A DNA stretch of 64,000 nt from positions 434,001-498,000 of the forward strand of contig NW_025766981.1 of the NCBI RefSeq assembly GCF_003918875.1, read 5' to 3'. The notes under the pieces were generated by a model that was given only the letters and a program-made list of their open reading frames with translations, made no database searches and had not been told where the DNA came from. How positions within the stretch are numbered: position 1 is the stretch's first letter; every line of letters starts with the position of its first letter. Below, in pieces: positions 23,768 to 36,797 of this stretch. The position numbers and the translations under genes are program-made. The DNA is from Haliotis rubra. Its lineage: Eukaryota.

Positions 23768-24451
23768 TTTGTATCTCACTACGTGAGTGTGTGTGCAATA
23801 TGGGCTTGGTTGACTACATTCCAAACACACAACTCTCAGGATTTTTGCGACTATACCAAATGCATTAACGATATTTAGCTATTTAGAGTTTAGGTGAAAT
23901 CAGCAATATTGCACTTGTATAACCTGTAGAAAGTATGCATGCCCTTCTATCCATCAAGAACACTTATTCAATTTCAGCAGATTTTGAATGACTATGTACT
24001 TACAATGTCAAAAAAAAAGAAGTAGTGTTTATCAGCCTAAACTTTAAACTGATGACCCCGACTTTACTTAGGAATTGACTGTTTAATACTCTGTGAGAAA
24101 GGCGGGTTAACGTACTCACATGTGGATGGAAACATATTATAATATACCGAATCGTTTCCTTTAAACATGACACAACCGCATAGTCAATAGATGATAACAA
24201 ATAAAGGTTCCAAACGTAACCTCAATGCACATAAACGACTGGGGCATTGTACACACATGTATTTTTACCTTCACACAGAAATCCCCATAAACCCATGTAA
24301 CTTTAAACACCAATGGCAGTTTAACAGTGCGTCGGTTAGGACTGCATTCAAGAATACTTAGCACTGGAAACTTCAGTAGTCCTGCTTGCCATAACCAATG
24401 AAATAAATGCTCATTTCTGTCAATATGGAATCTCCTGGACAGGTTTTGCAA

Positions 24452-25110
24452 GTAACAGCGAGGAAGCTGATGAGATGGAAGTGCTTGTTCAGCAGTCCAC
24501 GTCTTCCGAGATCCTGAAGCTATGCCTGTGTTTTTCAGATTCCCCCCGGTCATCGTGAACATGGTCGTGGGGTCCTACTCGGACCACATCGGCAGGAAGA
24601 TGCTGTTTGTTTACCGATTCTAGGATGTATTTGTAAATATGTATGTTTAATACTGGTTGTCAAGTTCCATCTTCATCTCAACTTCCTCATCCTCGGGACC
24701 CTCCTGGAGGGGTTATCCGGTTTAACAAGCACCTTCCTTCTTGCCAACATGGTCTATGCAGCCGACGTGACGAAGACCCACGCTACCAGGACATTCGCTA
24801 TAGTGATGACAGATAGCTCGGTGTCTATCGCCATAGCATTAGGACAGGTTATGACAGGATTCCTTATTGAGAAGCTTGGCTACTTCTGCCGATCAGCATA
24901 GGCGGATCCAGAGAGGGGGTGTAGGGAGGCGCACACCCTACCCCGTTTTGTCCTGAAAGTTTATTAAATGACCACTGAAACTCTCGTGAAAACGGGTGAA
25001 ATGAACTGTGCATCCCCCTTACTGAACTTAGCATCCCCTATTTTTTCTCAAAAGTTGTATCCGCCCCTGCATCAGTCATTAATACAGTTTTAATCCTTCT
25101 TGCTACAACC
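24452..25110 (+). pseudogene. SLC46 exon-1 internal fragment, frameshifted and split by a MITE
   Basis: Aligns by eye to exon 1 of paralogues 1-3 from NSEEADE to ILLATT. Has indels (tgtttttcag, gtttaccgattc), a MITE at about 24896-25070, no start codon and no splice donor. Confidence 0.85.
24896..25070. mobile_element. MITE with (g)ca(t/g)(a/g)ggcggat TIRs inserted in the SLC46 pseudo-exon
   Basis: The intact paralogues give the empty site cccatcagtc; 4-6 bp are duplicated (atca/catcag). A second copy is at 32188-32353. Confidence 0.75.
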
Positions 25111-25286
25111 AATGACTTAAATATTCATTTCTGTCAATATGGAAATACAGTATGTGAGTCGAGACATGCTGATGTGGGACACTACAACTGCATCTACAAC
25201 GCCAGCAACCGATACACAAACCGATCCACGCGGAAACTAAAAACGTTCTATTACACACTTCTATATACACAATTGGTATAATATAC

Positions 25287-25640
25287 TCCGTGGTGTAGTG
25301 GTTCGAGCGTCAGCCCGGAGAGCGGAAGGTCGCGGGTTCTATTCCCGACCGCGTCATACCAAAAGACGTTAAAATGTGGTACTTGTTGGTCCCTGCCTGG
25401 CGCTAGCCATAAATGGGTACAACAAGGACTGGTCGGCTCGGAGTCAGTATAATGCGTCTGAGTGGGGTATTCATGCCTACCTGTGGCATGGTATCTCAGT
25501 GGGCTAGCACTATAAAACCAGCTAAGCAGCTTAAGTCTGGGCTAGTACAAGCAACCGCACATACACATACACACGCATGCACGTCGTCATATGATCGAAA
25601 TTTTCTCAAGCACGACGTCAAATCCAATTTCACCTCACCT
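25287..25640 (+). mobile_element. SINE family C copy
   Basis: Colinear with 45433-45788. Confidence 0.82.
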
Positions 25641-25644
25641 ATAA

Positions 25645-26189
25645 GGTGTCCTCCCATTTGTGAGAACTCCCAGTTGTGAGACACATTAATTATTGGTTCA
25701 GTGCACATAGGTGGTGTTTCCACATCCCAACAATGAAAGTGTGATCAGCCCAGTTGTTGAAGAGTACCCACAGGAGGCATAGTTCATTGATGAGTTGATT
25801 AATGAAATAGATTATCAAAGATTTTATTTACAAAGAAGAAATAGTTCATTAAATATTTTATTTATTCAGAAGAATATGTAATTATGATAACATATTTTTA
25901 TTGACTAATATGAAGGTTGAAAGTCATTTTGGTTTAAGATATTTTATTATCATTATCAAAGTGTGTAATTTTTAAGGACATTTACTGGAGTATTTTAATC
26001 AATATATCTTATAAAGTTTCATTAAGTTACCTCCAAAAGATTCAGTTACATAGCAAATCAGTAATTAGCTAGGGTTAATCCATTCTATCAGGCAGGGGTG
26101 TATGGTGTGTTTTCTTTGTTAATTACTTACTCAACTGTCTCATAACTGGGAGTCTCACAATTGGGAGTTCTCACAAATGGGAGTAGACC
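25645..26189. mobile_element. Mutator-like MITE
   Basis: TIRs of about 38 bp (gg...ctcccatttgtgagaactccca.ttgtgagac) and a perfect 9-bp TSD cacctataa at 25636-25644 and 26190-26198. Confidence 0.85.
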
Positions 26190-26999
26190 CACCTATAATA
26201 TTCTAGGGTGTATTCTCTTTTTGCCTGCACTTTAATTGGCTACAAGCGGATTAGGATTAACAGTCCAGTACCTGCACAATTATAGTCTGTTCAAGTAAGT
26301 GGAGTTCACTACCGGAACCTTGAAGAAAGACCTTGAGAAACATAGACTCTTGACTGTTGCCATCTCACCGCTTGTTTATGGTGATGCCGTTTCTCATCTG
26401 GTGGGATTGTGAATGTGTTTATTATGTCATGTGAAAGAAATTATACAATTGTATGGATTTATGTATAATGCACAGTGCACATAAATACTTATTTCCTGGT
26501 GTGACATTTAACGCTCATTTTGTGTATTTGCTGATTTCAAATTTCATCATATTTGTCAGATAATTAATGTTCGTATATTTGTATATATGCAATATTGTGC
26601 ATGCATATGATGTTACTAGTCTGTCATACAGACCCTGAAGCAAATATATCCAAGAAACCCACGCGGGTCTAGAAAATGTGGCAAGTCTAGATTTCCTAAA
26701 CTTAAATAATGAGTAATCCCAATAGTATCCTGTAACCAGCTCATTCACATTAAACTGTTTCCTCGAGGTCAACACGACATAGTGCGACAATAGCATCACG
26801 TGTTCAGGAAAGTGTTGGTTCGTCATAGTGACCAGCAAGTTAACTGGGGGTTCAAACAGTGGTATATACAATAGCAGAGAGAGATAAGGGCCTGACAAAA
26901 GCTTTATTTCATAAATAAATTTCATCGCTCTATCCAAGGAAAGTAGAGGCCAATACACATGCGTTGATGCTTGTTCACTGTCGGTCATTGTTCAGGTAC

Positions 27000-27300
27000 C
27001 TGTTTGAAATCGCAGCTAAAATTGTCACGGAATTCTTAAGGCAGCAGGGTGTAGAGCGGATGGAGTGGCCAGCATGCTCACCAGACCTCATCCCAATTGA
27101 ACATGCCTGGGATGAACTCGGTCTACGTCTGTACACATGTCACCCAGCACCAGTGGCTCTCCCTTGACTCCGTAGAACTCAAGTAGAGGAATGGAATGCG
27201 ATTACGCAAGTTGTCTTTATGAACTTGATAAGGAGCCCGAGAACAAGGCGCACCTGTGTCTTGGACGCGCGGGAGGGTACACAAGTTATTTATTGAATGT
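27000..27300 (+). mobile_element. Tc1 transposase C-terminal fragment
   Basis: Translates to VTEFLRQQGVERMEWPACSPDLIPIEHAWDELG. Confidence 0.75.
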
Positions 27301-28213
27301 CCGAGTGTTTCAAGTTTGGCATTTTCATTTTAGGGGGTTGGTCTATACAGCTGATGTTTGCTAGTGCTGTTTGAACTTTTTGTCTGTATGTCACGATGCG
27401 TCACGTTTGTCAACACATTAAATATTATGACACTCTTAGTTCTATTATTTCTGAGAAATTTTTCTTTACATGTGCTTTATAGCATTTGACCCTTTATTAA
27501 TGACGCCTAGTAAATATATACTTAGCTTGCTGTAATCAGATAGAAACACCGAATCATTACTGGAACCCACGTATCGCTGCATGTTCTTCCCAATTAAAGC
27601 ACATGTCATTGGGATATTGCCTGTGGCTTTAAAATGCATATGATTTCTATCGACAATGCAATATACATTCCTGTTCTTGGTGTTTGTTCATTTTTCCGTG
27701 TGTCATAACCAGATACTAATAACAAATAAATTTAGAGTTATGAGATATTTTTATAATCAATTTCTTCCTGTACCTGTCAGTACATTGTCTGACGTTTATT
27801 CGCGTACATTAGTTGCTAGTTCCCTGCCGGCACATGGCATCTGAAGGGCGGGTCGGTGGCTTTACTCTACTGTGTGACCAAATTGCAATAGGAGTTCATC
27901 ACCGTCATCAAATAAGTACACAGTGGGTTGCATATGAGCACGGCTGCTGTACGTGGGTCTGAACCATCTGCCTCTTCCATATAACCATGCAACAGATGGT
28001 GCATTGTCATACTCCATCTCGTGATGTACATTAACATTCAGCAGATTAAATTAACCACCAACTACTAGTGGGAATCAGGAACGCCTCTGCATCATGTGAT
28101 GATAAACATTGGCACATTTTGTGTCAGATTCACGGTGACAGAGCGAGCATAAACACGGTTCAGTTTAGACTAAAATGAAGTTGTTTATGACATGAACTAA
28201 CGACCCGGTAACG

Positions 28214-31200
28214 ATGGACAGCGTACAAGAAGAGCCTAATGTAACGTCAAATGGAAACCCTAGTCATATTCAAGACAAACCCAAGTCTTACATCAAGGAG
28301 AGGATCATATCAAGCGTGGTTCTGATGTTGTATATGTGTGCCAATGTCTCCTCCGTCCCCGTGTTCACCCAGTACATCCATTCCCGCTATGAGGACGTCT
28401 ACAGTAACGGCACAAACTCCTCGTCAACATCGCCAAATAAACAATCACCGTGTCTCGCTAATAACAGCGAGGAAGCTGATGAGGTGCAGGTGCTTGTTCA
28501 GCAGTCCACGTCTTTCGAGATCTTGAAACTCAGTTTGTGTGTTCAGATTCCCCCGGTCATCGTCAACATGGTCGTGGGGTCTTACTCGGACCACATCGGC
28601 AGGAAGCTGTTGTTTGTTTCGCCGCTGCTAGGATGTATTTGTAAATATGTAGTTTTCATACTGGTTGTCAAGTTCCATCTTCATCTCAACTTCCTCATCC
28701 TCGGGACTCTTCTAGAGGGCTTTTCCGGTTCATCGAGCACCTTCGTTCTTGCCAACATGGCCTATGCAGCCGACGTGACTAAGACCCACGCCACCAGAAC
28801 ATTTGCGATAGTAATTGCCGATAGTTCGGTGTCTATCGCCATAGCATTAGGACAGGTTATGACAGGATTCCTTATTGAGAAGCTTGGCTACTTCTACCCA
28901 TCAGTCATTAATACAGCTTTAATCCTTCTTGCCACAACCATCGTCATATTTTGCCTTACGGAAACAGTAAAGAAAACGGAGGTAAAGGAACTTTCGCCTG
29001 TAGTTCATTTAAAGAAAGTGTTCGGATTTTACGTCAACAAAAGCCGAGGCAATAAGCGTTGCATATTTATTGCCTGTTTGGCGGTTTATGCTCTGATGAG
29101 CGTTGGGTTTAATGGTAAATATACGATTGAGACATTGTATCAGCTGGGTCGACCCTTCTGTTGGAATCCTGTAAAGATAGGTTACTATGGTGCCTATTCC
29201 ACAGTATTCATGACCATTAGCGGACTCGTTGCCATCAAGCTTGGGTCAGCGTGCGTGAGGGTGGAGATTCTTGCTGTAACAGGGATGTTCTTACTGATGG
29301 GGTCTCTCATTCTGGAAGGCCTGGCCAGCACAGACGCCATGCTGTATTCGGGTAATATGAGCATTTATGTCTTTATGTATATAATAAAAAAATTCTAGAT
29401 ACTGCATCTACGCACCCAAATAATCTCCACAGCGAATAGAGTATTTAATGAACTCTCATTTTGGATGCACTCATAGGACAAATTTGTAACTACTACTGAG
29501 CAAGTAAACCCTGCTTCATATTAACCGGAGTACTATGCCCAGTGTAGTGACTTGTCATTGTTCCATGACTTGACGTCATCAAATTTTCCTTCATGATTAT
29601 TGCAAACATATTTGTGATTTTTCGGGTCAATTCGTCATTTCCTTTCCTGAAAGCATATGATAGCAGTGTTGAACCTGGTACTACGCACATAATGTTTCGT
29701 TCCATGAGTGAAAAGTAATAATGACATGCATGCTGAAGGAATCCTAAATCTCCTGCTGCCTTTTGAATCTTCTAATGTTCATTGGAATGGGGCGGTGGGT
29801 AGCCTAGTGTTGAAAGCGTTCCCTCGTCACGTCGAAGACCCGGTTTCGATTCCACAAAAGGGTACAATGTGTGAAGCCCATTCTGGTGTCCCTAGCCATG
29901 ATATTGCTGGAATATTGCTAAAAGCGACGTAAAACTAAACTCACTCACTCCATCGAAACTTTAGCATGACATTACATGCTAATGTCCACAGACGGCACCT
30001 CACAAGATTATTGACAATGACAATAAATTGTACTTAACTAGCTACACTAGTCACCTATCAAAATTCAGTTTACAACATGTGGACCCAAGCAACCAATGCT
30101 TCGAGTAAGAGGAGGTTAAATGGATCCGGAGAGGGAGAGGTAGCTGGAGAGGGTCGATGTTGGGGTTCGGGGAGGTTGTTCCAGCTTCGGAAATTTCTTT
30201 GGAAACCTTCAGAAGAATACGTAGAAAAACATGTCAAAACATGACGCTTTACGGTCGCGTACCTTCCAACCATATTGTCATACACAGCCGTCTGTGTGCT
30301 GTCATAGTGCGTTGATTTCATTTGCATGACCTTTGTCGCCCTCTTACCTGTTTGAGAGATCATTGATTGATGCTTCTACTACCTTGTTTCCTTCAGTGCC
30401 TTTAGTGGCGTCCATAAGCGCCGTGTCGGTACCTGTGACCCGCTCCGTCTTATCCCGCATGGTGGCTGCTCATGAACAAGGTATGACCTTTAGATCTAGG
30501 ATGTCGACGGAAACACATGATCAATTAAAACGTGGTGACTACACAGTCGACAAAAAGTAAGAGAACTGATGAAATGATAGACTTAGTGAAGATGTCATGA
30601 TGACAAATGTCTGTAAAATATATTGCGGGCATGTGGATCAATATTTGCTGTGTCAACCATAGTCGGTGACAGGTGTATGAGTTCTTGGTGTCACACTGCT
30701 GAATAACGTTTTCCCTTAGTGTTGCCTCTCATAGCACCTGAAGAGCTACCTCGAGATGGTGGCGTGCACTTTCAACCAGAGAACATCCTAAAGATGCGCT
30801 GTATCAGGGACACCTCAGGGAACCAGGGCCTAGATTTTCGAAGCTCTCTTAGATAGTCGTAAGTTAATGTCAATGTATGGCACTTACGACTATCTTATCG
30901 CTAAGAGAGCTTCGAAAATCTAGGCCCAGCCCATTTGTCTTCTCTTCGGAGAAAATAGGTGCCGAAATGGCCAGGAGTTATCTGGCGTTGTTATCGTACA
31001 GTTGGAAATTTCTGGCAATAATTTTCGCGAGTTGGAACAATATCGTCAACATATTGCCTCAACCCAAATTCTGTCTCGAAGGCATTTTTAAGAGTGCGCT
31101 CGGCCTATTTGGACTAGGGTTTGTGAGTTCCATAACAGATGTTGTTGTTGATAGCTTAAACTAACGCTTAGTCTCTAATATACATGATATTGACAGAAAC

Positions 31201-31992
31201 AAACATTTCCTTTTAAACTGAAAATGAGCCCCAGTGAGATGGGAGATAGGAACCTGAATCTGACGAAATGTAGACTTATTTCATGTTGGAATTTAGCAGT
31301 AAAGACTGGGCGGAAGGGAAAATAAAGCAGGTCATGGACTGTGAGATAGACTATTGATAAATGTGCTAACATATTTTTCTGCACCAGGTGCAATCTTCTC
31401 TAGCATGGCTACCGTCGATACCCTGTGTGGAGCTATAGGGAGTACGGCCTTCACCTCTCTGTACAGCGCCACAGTAGAGACCATGAGAGGGATGGCGTTC
31501 CTTGTTATCGCGGGCGTCGTGTTCATGGCCGCCATGGTGAAAATGTACGTAACCAACAACCACCATAATGACCCATGTAGTAAAATATCCAGTCCAAATG
31601 TATATGATCGCACGTTCAATAAGTATTGGTGGTGTTTTTTCAAAACGTATCATTTTCTAAAGAGCTACTCCCTGAGTTGCCTTTTGCCAGGGATCTGCAA
31701 ATCAACGGTTCTAATTTTAGGTTAACTTCAAATGCTGGACCGTTCTCAACCAATTTTACACTCTTGTAGTAAACAGAAATCATTACCTAAGCCGATGTTG
31801 ACGTTACTGTAACATTTATACTACCATGTATTTTCCAGCGTGGTAATTGTGAAGTCCCCCAGGCAACCAGGCTATGTCCTGCTTCAGTCGCCAACAGAAG
31901 ATGAGCACGCGCATAATCCTGACCGCATACTTCCGGAAGGAGAAAACAATACACCATGCTCAAGCACGGATAAAGGCCCTGTGATTATTTGA
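28214..31992 (+). CDS. SLC46: SLC46-family MFS transporter, paralogue 3, about 510 aa
   Basis: Exons 28214-29351, 30397-30480, 31388-31544, 31839-31992 (TGA). Closest to paralogue 2, including introns and flanks. Tail has YVLL. Confidence 0.92.
29789..29950 (+). mobile_element. SINE family A
   Basis: Consensus match. Confidence 0.82.
30827..30926. mobile_element. Palindromic MITE with 3-bp CAG TSD (PIF/Harbinger-like)
   Basis: cag[ggcctagattttcgaagctctcttag...ctaagagagcttcgaaaatctaggcc]cag. Confidence 0.75.
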
Positions 31993-32187
31993 TATTGGTT
32001 TCTTTTCACCTTGCCATGGTATGTGATATAATCTGAGCTGCTGTATTGACTGTATCATGGCGTAAACAATGTGACAGCTGTATCCGTGGAATTTCCCGTC
32101 TATCGGACAGACTGTGAGTGTGTCTGGGAAGTATAGTTTTACGCCGCTTTTAGCAATATTCCAGCAATATCACGGCTTGTACCACCT

Positions 32188-32353
32188 GCATAGGCGGATA
32201 CAAGGGGGTTGGGGGATGTGCAATGGTCCTCCCCTTTTTTAAAAAAATATTTTATTTGGCCTGAAAGTGTATTAAATGACCATTGAAACTCGTGAAAACG
32301 GGTGAAAATGAACTGTGCATTCCCCTTTCTCAAAAAAGCTGTATCGGCCCCTG
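32188..32353. mobile_element. MITE, same family as 24896
   Basis: gcataggcggataca...tgtatcggcccctg with shared interior (attaaatgacca.tgaaact...aaaacgggtgaaa). Confidence 0.7.
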
Positions 32354-32516
32354 ACCTCCACAGGCCCTCGTGATGTATTGTACTGTGAAGCATTTCGAGA
32401 CGGTTAACATCATGATGTATTGTACTGTGAATCATTTTGAGTCGGGGGTCATCTCAAATTTTTATATATTTTTTAAGAATCTTTAAATAATCCTCGCAGA
32501 GACAAGAGGGCCTGTG

Positions 32517-32890
32517 TTGACCTCGTCTCCTTCAGTGCCTTTAGTGGCGTCCATAAGCACCGCGTTGGTACTTGTGACCCGCTCCGTCTTGTCCTGTATG
32601 TTGGATGCTCATGGACAAGGTATGACATTTAGATCTACGATGTCAACGGATACACATGATCAATGAAAACGTGATGACAATACACATAGTCGACAAGCAC
32701 GGATAAAGGCCATGTGTTTATTTTACATTGATTTATTTTCACCATGACATAAAATATATGGTATGTGAAATTAAACTGAGCTGCTTCTAGACTGTAGCAT
32801 GACGCCGAATACAAGTGGACAGCTGTATACTGATATAAAACAAAACAAGTTCTCGTCAATCTGAAAGAGCGTGAGTGTGTTTGGAAAGTT
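32517..32890 (+). pseudogene. Orphan SLC46 exon-2 copy fused to a copy of the last-exon end/3' UTR
   Basis: 84-nt exon 32536-32619 with AG/GT intact (VPLVASISTALVLVTRSVLSCMLDAHGQG), then about 75 nt of intron 2, then aagcacggataaaggcc..., matching 31961 onward. Confidence 0.8.
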
Positions 32891-33007
32891 TTCAATGACT
32901 TCATGGTCATAAGTATCAAATTCATTTATTTGTCATTCCTATAACCATGATCCTATCTCAGTGTTCGTTATGACGGTGAATATAGTCCCAGCAAGTGAGT
33001 TTCGGAT

Positions 33008-33404
33008 ACAATGAAACCCCTTCAATTCGGACGGCGCTGTTCCCAATTAGATGTCCGTATTTACGAATTATTGATGACTTGTAATGTAATCTTAACGACA
33101 TGCATACGTCCCAGCGAATACCTGATAGGAGGGGCGTCCGGCTTAACAGAATGCGGATTAACAAGGTAGTAGTTACGAATTAGTGACAACGTGTAATGTA
33201 ATCTTAACGACGTGCATATACCCAGCGAATACCTGATAGGAGGGGTGTCCGGCTGATCAGAATGCGGATTAACAAGGGTCCGTATTTACGAATTAGTGAT
33301 AACGTTTAATGTAATCTTGACGACATGCATACGTCCAAGCCAATAATTTCCATGAGAGGAGCGTCCAGGTTAACGGAATCTGAATTAATGAGGCTTCACT
33401 CTAT
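33008..33404. mobile_element. MITE with about 3 internal 112-113 bp tandem units
   Basis: Ends tacaatgaaacccc / gaggcttcactcta; unit marker acgaatt at 33063, 33175, 33288. Confidence 0.55.
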
Positions 33405-33571
33405 AACCAAGTCGCAAATATCATTTTATTACAGGGTATAATGTGCTTCATCGTGATCAATGCTTTTCTGTTCATGTAACCTCGACTGAACAATATTACA
33501 TGTATTTTAGACATTAAAATTAAATACTGAAAACGTTAATACTACTTATATTTCCAGCATTGCTATTTATA

Positions 33572-35081
33572 TACTCTCCCCAAAAAGAAACGCATATAGG
33601 AATTTCAACTGTATTTTTATGTTTATTTTGAAACATCTTGTAGGCTTTATGGGTCAATGAAATATAGCGAAATTGCACACTGGGAATGCAGACTTATCCG
33701 TCTTTGGCACCAACTCGAGGAAAGTCAGTTTGAGTGTCACATAGAGACGTGTGGTGGCGCTGAAGTCAACACCTCGTGTGACCACCGTGGGCATCCAGAA
33801 CTGCCCGGCATCGCCTCGGCATCGAACGAATAAGTCTCAGAATCTCGTGTTGCCCAACCGCAGCCCACTCTGCCTGTAGTGCCTGTGCGAGTTGCTGAAG
33901 TGTCTGGGGCTGAGGGTTACGGCGTCGCACCCGTCTGTCCAGGGCACCCCAAAGATGTTCGATCGGGTTAAAGTCCTGTGATCTTGAGGGCCAGGGGAGC
34001 ACATTGATGTTGTGGTTCTGGAGGAAGTCTCTAGTGTGACGTGCTGTGTGGGGCCTGGCATTGTCCTGTTGAAACAACTCCCTCTGGCGATCAATGATTG
34101 GAAGGAGGTGTGGGCGTAGGATTTCGTCACAGTACCGTTGAGCTGTCAGGTTGCCCTGGATCTTCTCCTACGGCAGGTGATCGCTCCCCACATCTTAACA
34201 CTGCCCCGGCCTAATCTGTCCACCTGGGGAACGCAAGCGTCGGCGAAACGTTCACGTCGACGTCTGTACACCCGCATTCTTCCATCGCGTCGTTCCATTA
34301 GAAATCGTGATTCATCACTGAACCAGATTCTACGCCAATTCGGTAGGTTCCAGGCCTGAACGTTGGTGCACCATTGAACTCGATGTCGACGATGTTGTTG
34401 TCGAAGCACAGGGCCAAAATAAGGTCTTCTGGCACGTAAACCAGCCTCTCTCAACCTGTTCCTGACGGTCTGTGCAGAAGCCTCCTCAATCCGGGTATTT
34501 GTCGAGCGGTACTGGTCGCCGTAGCTGTTCGATGACGCAGGTGATATACCCGGATGTAGCGATCCTGTGCCGCAGTGGTCGCTCGAGGTCGCCCACTACG
34601 AGGGGCATCTGCTACCGCATTCTGCCGGCGATATCACTCCCAGAGCCGTGAAATGGTGCTTTGGTGAACATTCATGCGTCGGGCAACTGCACGTTGAGAC
34701 TGGCCAGCTTCAAGTAAACCAATGGCGATATGACGGTTGGCTTCACTTAGACGTGGCATTTTGCGTTCGTCAACAATATTCCAAATACAGTGAATAATCG
34801 ACAGACAGCGATCAACCTTTTATACCCATCATTGAGACTATCTGATCCCCAACTTTCACGTGCATTGCATGTGAATTGTGTATTCTGTGACACTACACGC
34901 CGAAATTGAAAATCATGCTGTTAAATACGGGTATTTTACGGATGGTGCGTTTTGTTGTGATGTTTCAAAACATAAACACCATAGGACTCATAAACAGAGC
35001 AAAACCTTTTGTAAAATGGATCACGTTTTAATTCATACATGAAATTGCTATTTTCATGATGCGTTTCTTTTTGGGAGAGTA
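33572..35081 (-). mobile_element. Full-length Tc1/mariner DD34E transposon with disrupted transposase
   Basis: TIRs tactctcccc aaaaagaaacgcat / atgcgtttctttttgggagagta with TA on both sides. ATG at 34759 (MPRLSEANRHIAIG). Motifs WFSDES, QQDNARPH and SQDFNPIEHLW, with 34 residues between the second D and E. Contains a stop and frameshifts. Confidence 0.93.
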
Positions 35082-36114
35082 TATTATAAACGTTAATATT
35101 ACAAATTTTATAAATGTTTTTTTTTTAATTCAACCAATCTATATTATTTAAGTAATCATATTGTAAATATCAATATTACTAAACAAAATTCCACCTTCTC
35201 ATTGCATATATTTTCAACATTATTTATGCTTTGGTGCTGACCGATGCTCGTTTTAACCGAGCACGTTGGATATTACACTCGGAGCTGTGGGTAGTTGTGC
35301 ATTTGTACACTTTTTTTCATGCTCTATATCAGCAACAGATGTTCATTGTATAAGGAAATACTGCTTGCAGCGGCATGTAAAATCAATTTCGCGCTTTAAC
35401 AAATAAAAACAGATTAGTTTATTATCATGCTGATGTATCAAACTCCATTCATATTGATCGGTAAGCGTGTCTGTGAGAACTAAGGCAGATAACTCGTGTA
35501 TTGCTTCACGAACCAAATAAGAGTTGTTGTCCATACAAACTGACCCAAGTGTGTTGTAAAACGAAGCTAGTTCGAAACATTTTTCGTTACTTATAAGCAC
35601 TGGAATCTCTGTACTTCTACACAGTAGTTGTAATTGAAATTATCTGACTATTTTCCGGTCTATCACATGATTGCCTGGTTCCTTAACAAGCCGCGGTAGC
35701 ATGGTAGGAGAAGGACTGTGCAGGGTCAGGTAAAAACATACTACCGGGGCAGGACATGCTGACCCTTTTCGCGAACACCTGGTGTCCACTGATTTCATGT
35801 AATTTTCACTGCTATTTCCCCCTCTACCGCAAACGGAATTTGTGTCTGAGGATAGTTAAGACTGGGTATTCCTTTGCAACGGCGTTCTATATTGAATATG
35901 TAGACGACATCTGGCTTTCCGCGAACACCTGGTGTCATCACTGATTTTCAGTGTTCCATTCATTTCACTGCTAATTTTCCCTTTACCGCAAACGGAGGAT
36001 AGTCAAGACAGGGTATTATTTTGCACTGACGTTCTATATTCAATATGTAGACGACATTTAACTTGTAAAAAATATCGTATGTAATAGGTTATCGAGTGAT
36101 CTGAATATTTGTTT

Positions 36115-36660
36115 ATGAAGGCGCGAGGAAGGTTTGGGCATTCCGCGTTGTGTTAATGAAAGGCGCAAGGAAAGTTTAGGCATCACGTGTTGTGTTGATA
36201 TAAAGGCACGAGGAATGTTTGGGCATTACGTGTTGTGTTGATGGAAAGCACGAGGAATGTTTGGGCAGTACCTGTTGTGTTGATGAAGGGCGCTAGGAAA
36301 ATTTAGGCATTACCTGTTGTGTTGATGAAGGACGCTAGGAAAGTTTAGGCATTATCTGTTGTGTTGATGGAAAGCACGAGGAATGTTTGGGCAGTACCTG
36401 TTGTGTTGATGAAGGGCGCTAGGAAAATTTAGGCATTACCTGTTGTGTTGATGAAGGACGCTAGGAAAGTTTAGGCATTATCTGTTGTGTTGATGAAGGG
36501 CGCTAGGAAAGTTTAGGCATTACCTGTTGTGTTGATGAAGGCGCTAGGAAAGTTTGAGCGTCATCTGTTGTGTTGATGAAAGGTGCGAGGAAAGGTCGGG
36601 AAATATTGCGTGTTGTGTTAAAGGAGCGAGGAAGTTTGGACATTACGTGTTGCGTGAGTC
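36115..36660. repeat. 42-bp minisatellite (about 13 units)
   Basis: Unit ggcattacctgttgtgttgatgaagggcgctaggaaagttta; includes a duplicated 3-unit block. Confidence 0.92.
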
Positions 36661-36797
36661 GAATGGAACAGCGTATTTTTGTTTTCAAATAAACCAATTA
36701 ATACACAATATAATCTACAATATATCATTATTTCTCTGTTATCTTCACTAATAGAACCAGTGCACACTATATACACGTCATGCAGTGTCTGATAGTT

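Noticed and set aside
26515-26988. 157-aa ORF on - strand
   Set aside because: No family motifs; overlaps repeat-like sequence also seen near 49673 and 50800.
30735-30770. Hammerhead-like ctgaaga-gctacc/ggtggc
   Set aside because: The required GAAA after stem II is missing (gtgc).
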